From Amphiscolops sp. MND2022 (lineage: Eukaryota): a stretch of DNA of 64,000 nucleotides. The stretch is from positions 45,200,001-45,264,000 of the forward strand of contig OZ076409.1 of assembly GCA_964187785.1 (NCBI GenBank), in the 5' to 3' direction. The position numbers were made by a program, and so were the translations under genes. The notes beneath the pieces are model-generated. The model was given only the letters and a program-made list of their open reading frames with translations. It had not been told where the DNA came from and ran no database searches. This document shows positions 13,372 to 25,730 of the stretch, in pieces; the first letter of the stretch is position 1; every line of letters starts with the position of its first letter.

Positions 13372-13474
13372 TTCGGTTTTCATTTACTCTGACCGGTTCC
13401 AAAGGTACATAATAGTTTCAGAACTCAAAGCTATTATGTACGTTTGGAGCCGGTCAGAGTAAATGAAAATCGAA
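13372..13474. repeat. Inverted repeat / hairpin with a ~47-bp stem
   Basis: TTCGGTTTTCATTTACTCTGACCGGTTCCAAAGGTACATAATAG...CTATTATGTACGTTTGGAGCCGGTCAGAGTAAATGAAAATCGAA; duplicate at 42101-42203. Confidence 0.9.
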
Positions 13475-15774
13475 ATGATAGTTGCCTACTTTCGTCGTCC
13501 AATCAGATTTGCGATCGGCTTTATATTTGTTCTTTTTGAAGCTCGTTCGGTTATACGAACGGTTACCATTCGGGTCATGTTGACGTAATTGTCAAATGTT
13601 GGCATTGTTTATGAACAGTGCTTCCAATTAAAGCAGCACTACGTGTAGGAAGAAGAGGGTATCAAAGGAAGTGGAAGGCGTAATCTTTTTGAGACATTCG
13701 CTGAGTTTTTTTGAAAGCCTGTTTGGACACATTGCACTAATTTTAAAAAAAAAAACTTGCCAGCATGACATTTACTTCAATTATTACCGAGGGTTGCTAC
13801 AAATATCTGACTGCCCCATCACTGAACAATTCAAGACTGGAGCTAAAACTCAAGATGGCGCGTCCCTTCATTTTGACGCGTTTCCTTCTACAGTTGCAAA
13901 CTGCCATCGTTCATTTCTATCAAATCACAGCTTTCATGAAATTTTATGGAAAAACTTTAGTGATCTCGCAAGTAATCTTGAATTGCAACCCCTGCGCCAC
14001 CTGACACTGAATTGCGAAACAACCACAAGTATGAATTGAGAATGGATACTTTTTACAGCACTTGGGTTAAGTAGGTGCAAAAAGTGAACACTTTGAACCA
14101 GAGCCGCATATGCGGTAAAGGAGTCGGCTTAGGTCTGTTTCCTTCTGACTCGCTCGAATCCCAGCCATAAAAATTTATTGAAATTGCACACATGGGACCA
14201 TATTGTAGAAATGGACTGTAGAAAATTTCGTTCGAATCGTAAGGACATATTTTGAGAAAATCGAAAAAAGTCGAAAAATGACTGTTTTTTGGCCATTTTT
14301 GGCTGTTTCTCAGATCCCAGTCATACGATTTTGATGCCTTTGCGCACGCAGGGACCCCTTTGGGTGTAGAATAACTGCAAAATTTAATAAAAATCGTATG
14401 AACAGTTTGAGAAATTAGAAATTTTCATTGAAAGGTCGGGAGAAAAAAAAACACGATTGCATAAGTAGTCGAACATTTTTCCGACTCCCTAAAAACGCCG
14501 TCAAAGGCGCGACGTTCAGGTGATTTCCTAATGTGACGTTTAGCAATAACTCCTTTGCTGGACAATGCGACGTTTAATGCAAAATGTAGGGTCTCATCTT
14601 CAAAAGTCGAAATACAGTCAACACATACGTCACCGCAGCTACATTGCTTATGAATTGAGATTGGTTGTTTTCAATTAGCGATTTCCGCATTTTTCCGGTT
14701 TAGGCAGAGATCAGTTGAGCCGTGATTGGCCTTGAATCCTACAAAACTATTTTTAGCAGAAACTTTTCTTTCCGTCGTTCTTTTTATAGGCTAGCAAACC
14801 AATGGTTAGATTTTCAGCCTCGGACACCAAAAACATCGACGTCCAGAACCTCGAAAACATTCTAAGGATGCCCACTTTGGTGTTTTTCACTCGGATTTTT
14901 TTCGTCACTATGCAACTTTTGAAATTTTTTGGATTGCACCAAAGGGTCTTCCAATTTTTTCTCGGAAATTTTCATATCTCCTAAGGGTCCCCCTTTCAAT
15001 TTTTTTCATATTTTGCAACCACTGGAGTTTCACAAAACCCAAAGGGCCCCCCCTTTTACAATTTTGAGCATAGATATAGCTCGGACTTTGGCAGTTTCCG
15101 GTTTGTTGGGAATAGGATGGGCTATTTCAAACTAAAGCGCTGACAATTTTGCCCGATTTTTTCTCTAATTCAATAATCAAGAATTTCCCAGTGTTATGTT
15201 TTCAATAGACAACGTCGGTGCCCAACTTAAGGCTCAAAAACAGCCAAATATTAAATTTGTTCTGGGATAATCAAGAAAAATCTCAGAAATTTTAGTGCCA
15301 GAGACCATTTTAGACCCCACAGTGCCGAAAAAAACAAAGGGAACACATTGGTTTCATCTACATTTGCCAACGCAAAAGTAGACGAAAAAATTAAAGAATT
15401 GGTTAGTTTGTCGTTTTAAAGAAGTTACAATAATAATCTGCATTTTAAAGAGAGTGCCGACTGAACATGGGATTTTCATGATTCAATGAACATATAAAAG
15501 TCAAATTTGTTCTTAAATTGTTGTTGTTAGCATAATGTTGACTATTCTTCAATGAAATATTACAACAATTTCGAGTTCCAATATTACCGAAATAATCGAA
15601 AAAATCCATCAGCATCTAAGTCTAAACTTTCAGAAACGAATGCTTATTTCCACAGAATTTCTCATTTTTAGAAACTTTTAGGCTTCTCATTTATTATAAA
15701 TTTGATGACCATATTAAAATGGAATGGTAAAAAAATGGTGTTGCAAAATGAATTGATAGTTTTTAGGAAGTTCA

Positions 15775-15780
15775 TTTATT
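15775..15780 (-). promoter_or_regulatory. Candidate polyadenylation signal of the zinc-knuckle gene
   Basis: AATAAA on the minus strand ~210 nt after the stop codon. Confidence 0.45.
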
Positions 15781-15987
15781 CAAATTATATTTCTTTAACT
15801 CAAATAATACAAAAGGATAAATCAATATAGCACGCGTAGACTTTGATGCACCATTTGTAAGCTTCATTTGGACAGCATTGAAGAATTCCAGTGATAAATG
15901 ATATTGAAGAAAATCAACTGTGAAATATTGCAAATTTTACTGTTTAAGTGTATTTAACCTAAATGCTCATCGCCACATGGAACTCGT

Positions 15988-17550
15988 CTAATGAAATAGA
16001 GAAGAAGCGTTAACTGTTGCAGAGTCAGATTGAGGTTGAGTTTCGCTGGAACTGCAACTAATTGTGCAATTGGAAACATTGGTAGACTCTAATGTTGATG
16101 GTACGAATAATCTAACAGGTGCTGCCGCTGCTATTGCACTGTTTGATAAATTGCTGCTTGCTGCGTTCGTTGAAGCGGACCCACTACTGGGCGCCGCGTT
16201 CATTGATGATGCGGACACAACCACCACTGATGGACTGCTCACGCCCATCCTTTCAGAGCTCTCTGATGGCATAGTGGACGTCACCGCAGCAGAGTTGGTT
16301 ACACTGATAGGAACTGACCATGATGACATCGGAGGCTGATAACCCGGGTATACCAAACGGATGGGATTTCTCAACGCGTTTATCTGTCCTACCAGAGACG
16401 CATTCTCATGAGGACAGTCATTGCTTTTCTGCTGAAAAAAATCATACACCAGCTTGAGAGGGTTGCCTAAACCAACAGGTCCCCCGCTGTTGTTGTATGG
16501 ACCATTGATGATAGGTAGACCAGCGGGGCTTGAAGATGAAGGCGTCATGTTTGGAAAAACCCGCGTTCGAGAACCATCATTTGTGGGTGTTGTGTTGTTG
16601 TTCATATCGAGAAGCCCTGGTTTGTTATTACCCGTGTTGGAGTTCGAGCTGTATTTCCGACGTCTGGTATCTGTAGAGCCTCGCACATTTTGGCTACCTC
16701 GATTCATGTTTCTGTTGTAAGCACCAGCCGGATTAGCATTGTTGTTATTGCCACGTTTGACTGCATTATTGTTGTGAGGATGATAAACAGGACCAGTATT
16801 GCTATGGAAGCCTTTCGGTGGCCTCCTTTCATGTGATTTTAAGGTTGTGTTGGGACTACACAAAGTTTCATTCAAGTCATCGATACGGCAATTACCATAG
16901 CTATGACCTTCACCGCCACAGTTAGAACAACACTCACGCTTCGCTCTAACATAGTCATCGTAATTGACAGGTTCGCCGTTAACAGTGAGAAAAAAACGTC
17001 TCCAGTTTTCGGGACAAAAAGCTTTTTCATGGCCCATATTAGAGCACCTGTAACATTGGGATTTCAATTGGTGGCGTTTCGGACATTCGTTGTGAGAATG
17101 TCCGCTTTCCAGACAAACTGGACAAAGCTTGTAGGGACATTGGTTGTGATCAGTATGTTCATGGGAACAACAATTGGCACATATCCTTCGTCGAGCACCG
17201 TCTGCAGGGGTTATTCTTGGACAGTCTCGTGATAGATGCCCATAACATTTACAGTATTCACAGCATACGGGTATAACAGGATAGATATCGTTATTCACTA
17301 GAGAAACTTTTCCCTCCACGTTAACATTACCATTAAAATTGGTACTCAAGGGGAAATGTCTTGTTCCGGGGTTTTCATGCTCAAAATTCTTCACACCTTC
17401 ATTTTCCAAAACAAACCATGATATCATATCAACATTTTCTTTATCATCGTCGTCATTGGCATCGAATCCGACTTGAGCCATGAAAAATGAAGAATTATTG
17501 CTGGGACCTTTCAAGTTCTTACCAGACTCATTTCCAATTGAGTCACCCAT
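15988..17550 (-). CDS. ZCCHC7: Zinc-knuckle protein of the ZCCHC7/Air1-Air2 family (TRAMP RNA-binding subunit); may have further 5' exons
   Basis: Intact 520-aa ORF with five CCHC knuckles. CPENWRRFFLT follows knuckle 4, matching the IWRxY linker of Air/ZCCHC7. It has an N/S-rich low-complexity tail, an in-frame TTTCAG acceptor 15 nt upstream of the ATG, and AATAAA downstream. Confidence 0.8.
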   Translation of the reverse strand: MGDSIGNESGKNLKGPSNNSSFFMAQVGFDANDDDDKENVDMISWFVLENEGVKNFEHENPGTRHFPLSTNFNGNVNVEGKVSLVNNDIYPVIPVCCEYCKCYGHLSRDCPRITPADGARRRICANCCSHEHTDHNQCPYKLCPVCLESGHSHNECPKRHQLKSQCYRCSNMGHEKAFCPENWRRFFLTVNGEPVNYDDYVRAKRECCSNCGGEGHSYGNCRIDDLNETLCSPNTTLKSHERRPPKGFHSNTGPVYHPHNNNAVKRGNNNNANPAGAYNRNMNRGSQNVRGSTDTRRRKYSSNSNTGNNKPGLLDMNNNTTPTNDGSRTRVFPNMTPSSSSPAGLPIINGPYNNSGGPVGLGNPLKLVYDFFQQKSNDCPHENASLVGQINALRNPIRLVYPGYQPPMSSWSVPISVTNSAAVTSTMPSESSERMGVSSPSVVVVSASSMNAAPSSGSASTNAASSNLSNSAIAAAAPVRLFVPSTLESTNVSNCTISCSSSETQPQSDSATVNASSLFH

Positions 17551-20456
17551 GCATAGATGCTTCCCCTGAAATTACGACCAGCGTGCCCAACAAAAAGTAT
17601 AACTTTTGAAATGAAAACAGCGACATCAATCCAATTTCTTAAATATGAAGTCGGTGGCGACATTAAGAAATAGGGTTTCCAGTCATCTAGAGATATTCAA
17701 GAAGTAAAAGCATCAAATTTTGTAAAGGATGACTTCATATAAGGATGTCTCCAATATCGATCCCATGAAAATATCAAAGTAACGCGTAAAATATTCGAAT
17801 GCACTTTCATGATAAATGGTGAGTTCATTCATATCTCAAATTGAGTTTCCGTTGGTATACAAGAGGAAGATGGGTGAAAAAGATTTCATTGTTAGTCGAG
17901 ACGATTAGCATTTCAAACATTTTCTTTAACGCAAGATTTTCTCTGAACTCAAAATCTTTCCTTGCCAATCATTCCGACCTTCATGGAGTGAAAATGTCAC
18001 TTTTATGTCGCACATTGATGGGTAGAACTTGCACCCCTCAAGGACTACATATAATACTAGCTAATCTGCCTAATTAGTCTATGCTTTTGAAAAGTTAAAT
18101 TCTTTGTTGACAAATATTTTCGCATTTAGGTGAATACTTGAACACTTAGGTCACGTCAAGTCGCTATTTTCGACCAATAACTAAAACATGCCAATCATGC
18201 CTTAAAAGCCGTAACACTATACTTATGCGCTAAGCTATGTGTTGCGTAATATTTGTCATCAATTTATCAACAACTGCTTTGAAATGAGAGTTTGAGCCTG
18301 TCAATCAATCAATATGGAAAAAACTTGATTGAATTGACGTATAGATTATAGATCATAAATGGGGCTGAAACGACAGGTTCTTTTGGCTCAACAATAGTTG
18401 CGACAACTTTAGAAGTTTTGTTACGTAACTAAATGTCTAGTTTGAGCGATGGTGCGGATAATAGCAAAACGGGACTCACGACGATTAGCATTCCATGATA
18501 CCACCAAAATTAGCGACGACACGACGCTTACTAGTAAAAGTTTAGGTTTCATATGCAGAAACATTACATTTCAATACTTGAAAAATTTGCGAAAACAATT
18601 GGCTTTTTTGAATAGATTGATTTCAATTTTTCTTATATCGCAATTCGGTGATTACTAAAAACGTTTACCATTGTCGACCACTTTCTATAGTTAGGGGTAA
18701 AAACCCGACGTTGACGTCCACTATCGCAGATTCAAGGGCAAATTTTCGTACCACCGGCTGTTCTTAAAACTTTTTAATCGACGATCAATTTTCCTGACAA
18801 TATGTCAAAGAAATATCAAACAGAAAATGCAGTGTGGTCTCGCCTCATTACTGTCTCAGCCATAAACTGGCGACACTCTCTTATTGATTTTTTTGGAATC
18901 GAAAAAGATGGTGCATGATAGAATATAATTCCGAAATCACCGAGACTTCAGAATTTCTAATGACAACTTTTGGTAACTTGAATCACCGATCTGTGAAAAA
19001 TGTAGTCACCAAACCGGAAATTTCCACAATTGGTTGTATAAATTCGCCCGGGGATTGCAAGTCGATAAATTTTTCGACTGGCCAGCGAATCACCGCCTCC
19101 ACCCCAAAGGTTGTCGACTTTTGTTGAAGTATTTCTGAAGCAAAGCGCCTATCCATACCTCAAAACTGCTAACATCAACAGACACCAAATTATCCGTAAT
19201 TGATATAAAATGTCGTTTCAAATGAACAAAATTGCAAATGATTGACAATTGGTTTGAAATTATATTACTGTTCTCACGACCAGATGTTTAGTCACCATTG
19301 GCTCTGAAGTAACAAGATGAGAACGTCTCAAGTCGGTGCCACGTTCCAAAATAACTGAATCTTTCAAATAGGCTAAAAAGCTGTGACTATGAAAGTTTTG
19401 AAAAATCTCACATTGCCGAAAGCCACCTTTTCGGCATTTCCTGACTGGAAACAAAAATAAAGGGCGACCATTAGGTAAAACTTGAAAATAAAAGTGCCGA
19501 AAGAAAAACAGAAAAAGGGGGCTTAACACTTTTTTGTTTCGGTGATGCGAAAATGACGGAAATTTAAAGGACAGAGAATATAGCCTCTGTTAGTACTCTT
19601 TAGTTCTTAGGCTAGAAGCGTATCCGTTTCGCCACATTTGCGTCGTTTCGTCGCATTCGTGTCTGCCTTAACAAATAAAATGACTAATAGTCTGGCGAAT
19701 AACTAACTAGTTCAAGCAAACTAACTTGTTTCGTGGACAATTTTGCACCCACGTTTCATACATGTTTCAATGTAACCACAGACGAAACCGCACCCGGGTC
19801 AATTGGTATATCACATAAGATTCAAGAAAAAAACTAAGTTTTTTGCATGACAATATCTGTTTTTCATGCTGTTTATAAAAGTTGGACTGTTCAGGTCTAT
19901 TTCATGGTAACCTTTTCACCCGAGTTTTTTGGTTTCACTTTACTCAAGCCTTCACATTTTAGTTTCCCGAACTAGAGATGTAAAAAAATTACAACTGCGC
20001 AATAGTGGCTCATAGGATTCCATCTCTCAATGAAGCTTGATTTAGAAGAAATTGTGCGGAACAATTTTCAGCAGTTAATTCTGACTCTTTGCGATCGAAA
20101 TTTTTGGCATTTTGGGAATAACTTCTGAAGAAAGGACGTCTGAAAACTAATGTTTCAAGATATGAAATGAGCATGGCATGGCTTAAGACGTTATTCCTTC
20201 ACCCACAATTATTGTTACTAGCAAACCCTTCTCTCTGAAGGACAACAATCTTGCACTTCTGAAGTAACATCTTGGGTTTTGATTTGCGGTAAACGGTTAC
20301 AAAAAGACTCAATTTTATGTTTAAAAATTCAATTATCAAAATCTTCCATATACAAAACATTGTCTATAGAAACGTTTGAATTATCATCTACATCGGTGTC
20401 ATGTGAAAAAAACTTGTCATCACTTTTGCCAACTCGAAACGTTGGAGGTACTTGTT

Positions 20457-20935
20457 GAATGATCGTTGATCCCGAAGACCTTTGAAAGATCTTTGATCTC
20501 GCTTATCTGAAGATCCTCGAATGAGGATTAATCTCGAAAATCTTCCGAATACTCTTGAATGACCATTGATGTCGGAGATCTTCCAAAAATCCTTGAAAGA
20601 TCTTTGATCTCGAAGATCTTTGAATGATCTTCGATCTCGAAGATCTTTATCTTTCGAAGACTCTTGAATGATCTCTGATCTCGAAGATCTCCCGAAGAAC
20701 CTTGAATGATCTTTGAATTCGAAGGTCTTCCGGAGATCCTTGAATGATCTTTGATATCGAAGATCTTCCGAGAGTCTTTGAATGATAATTGATCTCGAAG
20801 ATCGTCCGAAAGTTCTTGAATGATTTTCCATCTCGGAGATCTTCCGATGATCTTTGATATCGAAGATCTTCCGAAAGTCCTTGAATGATAATTGACCTCG
20901 AAGATCTTCCGAAGATCCTGGCATGGTATTTGATC
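20457..20935. repeat. Short array of the 38-bp GATC/TCGA satellite (segment A1)
   Basis: Variants of TCGAAGATCTTCCGAAGATCCTTGAATGATCTTTGATC; duplicate at ~49200-49678. Confidence 0.9.
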
Positions 20936-21728
20936 TTCTCAAGGTCACTTTTTTCAGGAATATCTTTTGATTGACATACCATTTTTTAAAAGATCTTTCG
21001 ATTGTTACGTAATTTACTGTCAAGGTTGATTGGCTCTCTGATATTTGATCAGCAGTCAATTTTTAGAAAGAACTATTTTGAAGAGAACGATCCATAATAT
21101 GATATAACACTCTTCCCAAAAGTTTACGCTAGTAGTAAAAGTATATATGATCAATAAACTTCACTCAAAAAAATCTTCCCATTCATCTCAATTGTAAAAC
21201 TAGAAATCATAATTCGTTTCACAATTTAACAAATTTAGTAAATACGTTATTCTAGACGAGGGGTCAGTTAAATCTGTGAATGACAAACACATCACTAAAA
21301 TTACCATGACCGTCACTACTTTGTGAAAAATTTCAACCTAGGGACAAAATTTTAGAAACTACTAAATACTGTACTACTACGAAAACAATATTGAAAATCA
21401 ATTTGAAACGCTTCCAACGTCTAAAACATTAGCATAAAATCTAAAACAAAAACCCTTATCTACGGATTGTCGCGAAAGGAACTAAAAATAATAGGATGTG
21501 AAAGGATCACAGGGTTGAGTCAGTAGTTTTTCTTTAAAACTCATTATGAAAAGTTCAAGTTCATGAAATACACACTCAAAATCACTCAAATTGAAAAATA
21601 CAGCAATGTAATAAGCCACGTTCAAATGCCCTTGGTTTAGAAAACTCACTTTGACCTAACTATCTGACTCCACGGCATTAACAATGGTGACTTCCCATAG
21701 CTCCGAAAGCAAAATCGAGTGCCATAAC

Positions 21729-23154
21729 CAGGGGTCCGCAATTATTAATTGCAATTAAATTGGCATTTAAAATTTTAAAAACCAATTAATTGAAAATTGG
21801 ACACTTCATGAAACAATTATTGCAATAATTGGCAAATCAAAACAACAGTTGTCAATGCATAAATTCAGACAAAATTGATGAAAATTTGCCCAAAAATAAT
21901 GAACTCAAAGAGTCATTCAGTAGCGTTGACGACTTCGTTGACGAGACTCAGGTCCCACAGTCTCTTGTTCGACATCAGAAACAGCTGCTGCTCCAGATAA
22001 ATAGGTTGTATCTTCCGTCGCAAGTCATCATAAGCATATCCAGCCCGGCTGAAAAGTCTCTCCATCAAGTTCGACGTGGGAACCAGAAATCTGCAGTCCA
22101 AATATTTATCTGACCGCCGCTCGCATCTTCTCTTCCTCAGAATTTCCATGGCAAAATCCAAGGGCACTTCATTCTCCTTCCCCATCTCTTCAACTTCTTG
22201 GACATGAAGCCGCAATTTTTTCACGGCCAAGTTCTCTTGCAAAGTCAGATTCTCATCAGAGTTCAATATTTTTACGACGCCATTCTCGAAGTCTTTGTTT
22301 TTCACAATGCTACTATTGACATGAATATACTTCTTGCGACCATCGATTGACACCTTTTTGATGATTTCATCTAGCAGAAGGCGTGCACTTGCCATATCCA
22401 TGTCTGAGCGCTGAAGGGCAAGAGTAACCGATTTCAAGGGCTCCAAAAGCTCGCCGAGTTCTTTGAGACGAGCATCTTCCGCGGGGCATAGCATGAAGGA
22501 TATCATTGCTGGTATATGCTGTAGGTGATCTTTGATCTTCATGTATCTCTCAATCATTTGCATAACACTGAGCCAACGTGTAGTGTTATTGACAATAGGT
22601 GTTATTGGCGATCTCTTTCTCAACCCGATCAGAAACAAGGTGCATGTACTTCTCAAGGGTGTGAACAGAGATTTTATCCAACGACGAATATTTGCGTGTT
22701 AGGCTACTCTCCACAAATGAAAATGGCTTTAGTTCCATACACACCCATTCCAACCATCCGTATACAGTTTCACTCTTTCGACAATGCATAAATCGAAGCG
22801 TCTGCTGATCCGAAATAGATGTATTGTCGTTTCCATGTTGAGAACGGATATGTTGCATTAGGTTAGACCAGCCTGTACCATCTTTCCTTTTTAGAAGTTT
22901 TCCACAGTGGCACTTGTAAACATCATTCTCTAGTTTAGTGAAATACTTCTTCGTTAAAGCCTTGTAGTCTTTTGGCGCTTCAACTTTAGATGTCATTTCA
23001 AACCTGAAAAAGATAATGCATTGCGCTCAATCAATTATTGCAATAATTGGCTTGTTAATTTCCAATAATTGAAAAATGCAAGATGGGAAAATCAAATAAT
23101 TGATCAATTATAATTGCAATTATTGCTTCATCAATTTTTAATTGCGGACCCCTG
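21729..23154 (-). mobile_element. hAT transposon, internally deleted; transposase frameshifted in this copy
   Basis: Perfect 16-bp TIRs CAGGGGTCCGCAATTA and 8-bp TSD GCCATAAC, with an empty site at ~33799. Encodes a BED finger, a TRW motif and PTSNLMERLFS. Confidence 0.95.
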
Positions 23155-23708
23155 GCCATAACTGGGAATATTAATTCTACTTATCTTGGTAAATAATAAG
23201 TCTCAGCCCAACAGTGCTAATTTAAATAAAGGCGCTTCCGCAAACTGTTAACTTGAAGAAATCACTGGGGGAGAGCTGAGGGCATTGACAGTGCGGGGAA
23301 AGATGAAAAACAAACAACTTGTCAATAATTTGCCCACTTGCGCGAATTTTATGTGTGAAAATACGCTGGAAATTCGGAGCTATGACACTAGATTTTGAAT
23401 TCGGAGCTATGAGTAGTCACCATTAATAACAGTGCTAACACACTTATTGTAGCTTCTGCGGAAACCGCAAAGGTCACAGTTGATCATTCATGTAGATTAT
23501 TTTCTGCGATGTTTTTTTAGCTGGTAAGGAATGAGTGAAGACATAGTACAGGACACATAGCCCTTGATTCCCTTCATCACGGCAATTGTTTCTAGTACAA
23601 TCACAGCCAGGGGTGTTCAATAAATATTTATGGGTAAATGAATGTATTTTTACACTCAAATGAATATAAATATTTGTTTTTGGACCTGTTAAAATGAAAA
23701 TAAATATT

Positions 23709-23944
23709 ATATATATATATATATATTGATCTTCGGGGTGCTCCTTTTTGCGAGCCAGTACCATCGAGGATGTAGGATATAATGCTTATGGTTCGTGTTT
23801 GGGGCGTGCAAATCGTTCCGTCTGCTTGATGAATAGCGGGAGCTGTGAGTTTAACATGGATTCGGCGAGGTTTCCAAAGTTGAATTCACTCCGGATTTCT
23901 TCGTATCTGGGACTTTCTAATATGAAGTGGTGAACAGATTCTAC
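23709..23944 (-). mobile_element. 5'-truncated LINE insertion (ORF2 C-terminus, 3' UTR and (AT)n tail)
   Basis: Encodes VESVHHFILESPRYEEIR...FIKQTERF...*. It has an 11-bp TSD AAATAAATATT and an empty site at ~34350. The duplicate at 52452-52691 has (AT)11 versus (AT)9 here. Confidence 0.85.
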
Positions 23945-24211
23945 AAATAAATATTCTTGAGATAATTAAAACTAAGAGCGTTTAACTCAACATATCGTCA
24001 GCCAATTAAATTCAAAAAGAGTAATCTTGAGCTAATTTCCAGAAATACCTTTGTCAAGTACCTTGGACTACTGACTCAAAAGGTTGAAGAGTCCATTACA
24101 AAAGCCCTGTCGCCGCCTTTTGGCCTGATTATGATGTGTATACTGATTTATGCCATTATAAATTGCTGTAATTATTATATGTTTTATTTTAGATGTCGAT
24201 GTCCCTTTGAT

Positions 24212-24550
24212 GGGTGGGCGGAAATAGGTCGAAGGAACGGGATCGAAAATCAGAGTTAGTCCTCAGGTCGACATACCAAATTTTTGAATGGGATCGAGAC
24301 AACTCGGATCGAAATTTTTATAACGTAGTCAGATATGTTCACATACCCCTAGTGCCCTGAATGCAGGAGCGAAGCGACGTGCCATATGGCCATGCCTCAA
24401 TGTTGCTACTTGGCGAAGAGAGCGAAGCGACCACGCCATACAACAAATACGATAAAATTCGACCGCATTCCATTCGATCCCTGCAATTCGATCAAAAGGT
24501 TCGACCTCTGTCCTTTCGACCAGAAAAAATCGACCTATTTACTGCCACCC
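24212..24550. mobile_element. MITE family G (GGGTGG...CCACCC termini), insertion a
   Basis: Inverted termini with TCGA-rich subterminal motifs. TSD (C)CCTTTGAT; empty site at ~34615; duplicate at 52959-53297. Confidence 0.9.
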
Positions 24551-24778
24551 CCTTTGATATGTGCTTTGATATTTGCCGTCTAGTGAAAACTTGCTTTTAT
24601 AGAAAAGCGTTTTGATCTGCGAAAAAAACGACAATTGGTGTCCAGAGCAGAATACAATTCAAGGGCTTCGGGCAATAAGTTCGATTTACTAAGTTCGAAT
24701 TTGAACTAGTGCAATAAGTTCGAATGGAATAGTTTCGAGACACCAAGTTCGAATTTTCAAATCGGGCATATCCGGTGT

Positions 24779-25128
24779 GGGTGGGCGGAAATAGGTCGAA
24801 GGAACGGGATCGAAATTCAGAGTTAGTCCTCAGGTCGACAATACCAAATTTTTGAATGGGATCGAAACAACTCGGATCGAAATTTTTATAACGTAGTCAG
24901 ATATGTTCACATACCCCTAGTGCCCTGAATGCAGGAGCGAAGCAAAGCGGAGCGACGTGCCATATGGCCATGCCTCAATGTTGCTACTTGGCGAAGGGAG
25001 CGAAGCGACCGAGCCATACAACAAATACGATAAAATTCGACCGCATTCCATTCGATCCCTGTAATTCGATCAAAAGGTTCGACCTCAGTCCTTTCGACCA
25101 GAAAAATTCGACCTATTTACAGCCACCC
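24779..25128. mobile_element. MITE family G, insertion b (nested in T-a)
   Basis: 9-bp TSD ATCCGGTGT; empty site seen in T-b at ~27194; duplicate at 53526-53875. Confidence 0.92.
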
Positions 25129-25173
25129 ATCCGGTGTAAACTGGACATCATTCACACAAGAACCTGAGAGCTC

Positions 25174-25730
25174 GGTTACCAGTCACTTGGCTTAATACCA
25201 TTTGGCTTAATTTTTTCGTCGAGTCATTTGGCTTAAAAATTTTAAGCCAAGTGACCACAAAATTAGGCCAACTCCATTCCAACTCAAGGAATAAATATGT
25301 CAACTCCCGGAAATATCATAATGTGGGGCATATGCGGTGTATGCACGCTCGCCCTCACCGTCGCAAAGACAAGCTCCAACTACGATCGGTTCGCGATCTC
25401 CGTTCCCGCTAGGTCTTTGCTCCTGTTCTACCTCGCTCAGCAAGATGGGAACATAAGCGGCCCCAAGGGGCCGCAGGGCACTAGAGGAAATTGGGACATA
25501 TCCGAGGGGTACTTGATATGACACGTTATAATAATACGCTGACTACGTTTTAAAGATCAATTCGACAAAATCGGCCACGTGTTTCCAACTAAGTGGTTTT
25601 AAGTCAAATGACTTTAAGTCAAGTGACCAATACCCGAGACACTTAGCTTAAAAAAATTAAGCCAAGTGACCAATTGTATTAAGCCAAATGACTTAAAGCC
25701 AAATGGCATGAAGCCAAGTGACCATTTACC
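25174..25730. mobile_element. MITE family A (AAGCCAAGTGAC subterminal repeats, GG termini; Merlin/MULE-like), nested in T-a
   Basis: Ends GGTTACCAGTCACTTGGCTT and AAGCCAAGTGACCATTTACC. 8-bp TSD GAGAGCTC; empty site at ~27231; duplicate at 53921-54477. Confidence 0.92.

Noticed and set aside
16064..17232. Plus-strand ORFs overlapping the zinc-knuckle gene
   Set aside because: Antisense shadows of the real minus-strand CDS, with no motifs of their own.
18915..19160. Possible upstream exons of the zinc-knuckle gene
   Set aside because: A donor-like GAG|GTATGG exists on the minus strand near 19158, but no convincing reading frame could be linked to the acceptor at 17566.
25456..25484. GC hairpin followed by CTAG as a Helitron 3' end
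   Set aside because: CTAG is followed by A rather than T, homology among copies continues past it, and no 5' TC terminus is evident. It is kept only as an alternative explanation for the cassette.
25321..25484. Cassette as a known ribozyme, snRNA or tRNA
   Set aside because: I could not find a hammerhead core (CTGATGA...GAAA), pol III A/B boxes or a recognisable snRNA match by eye. An Rfam search is needed.
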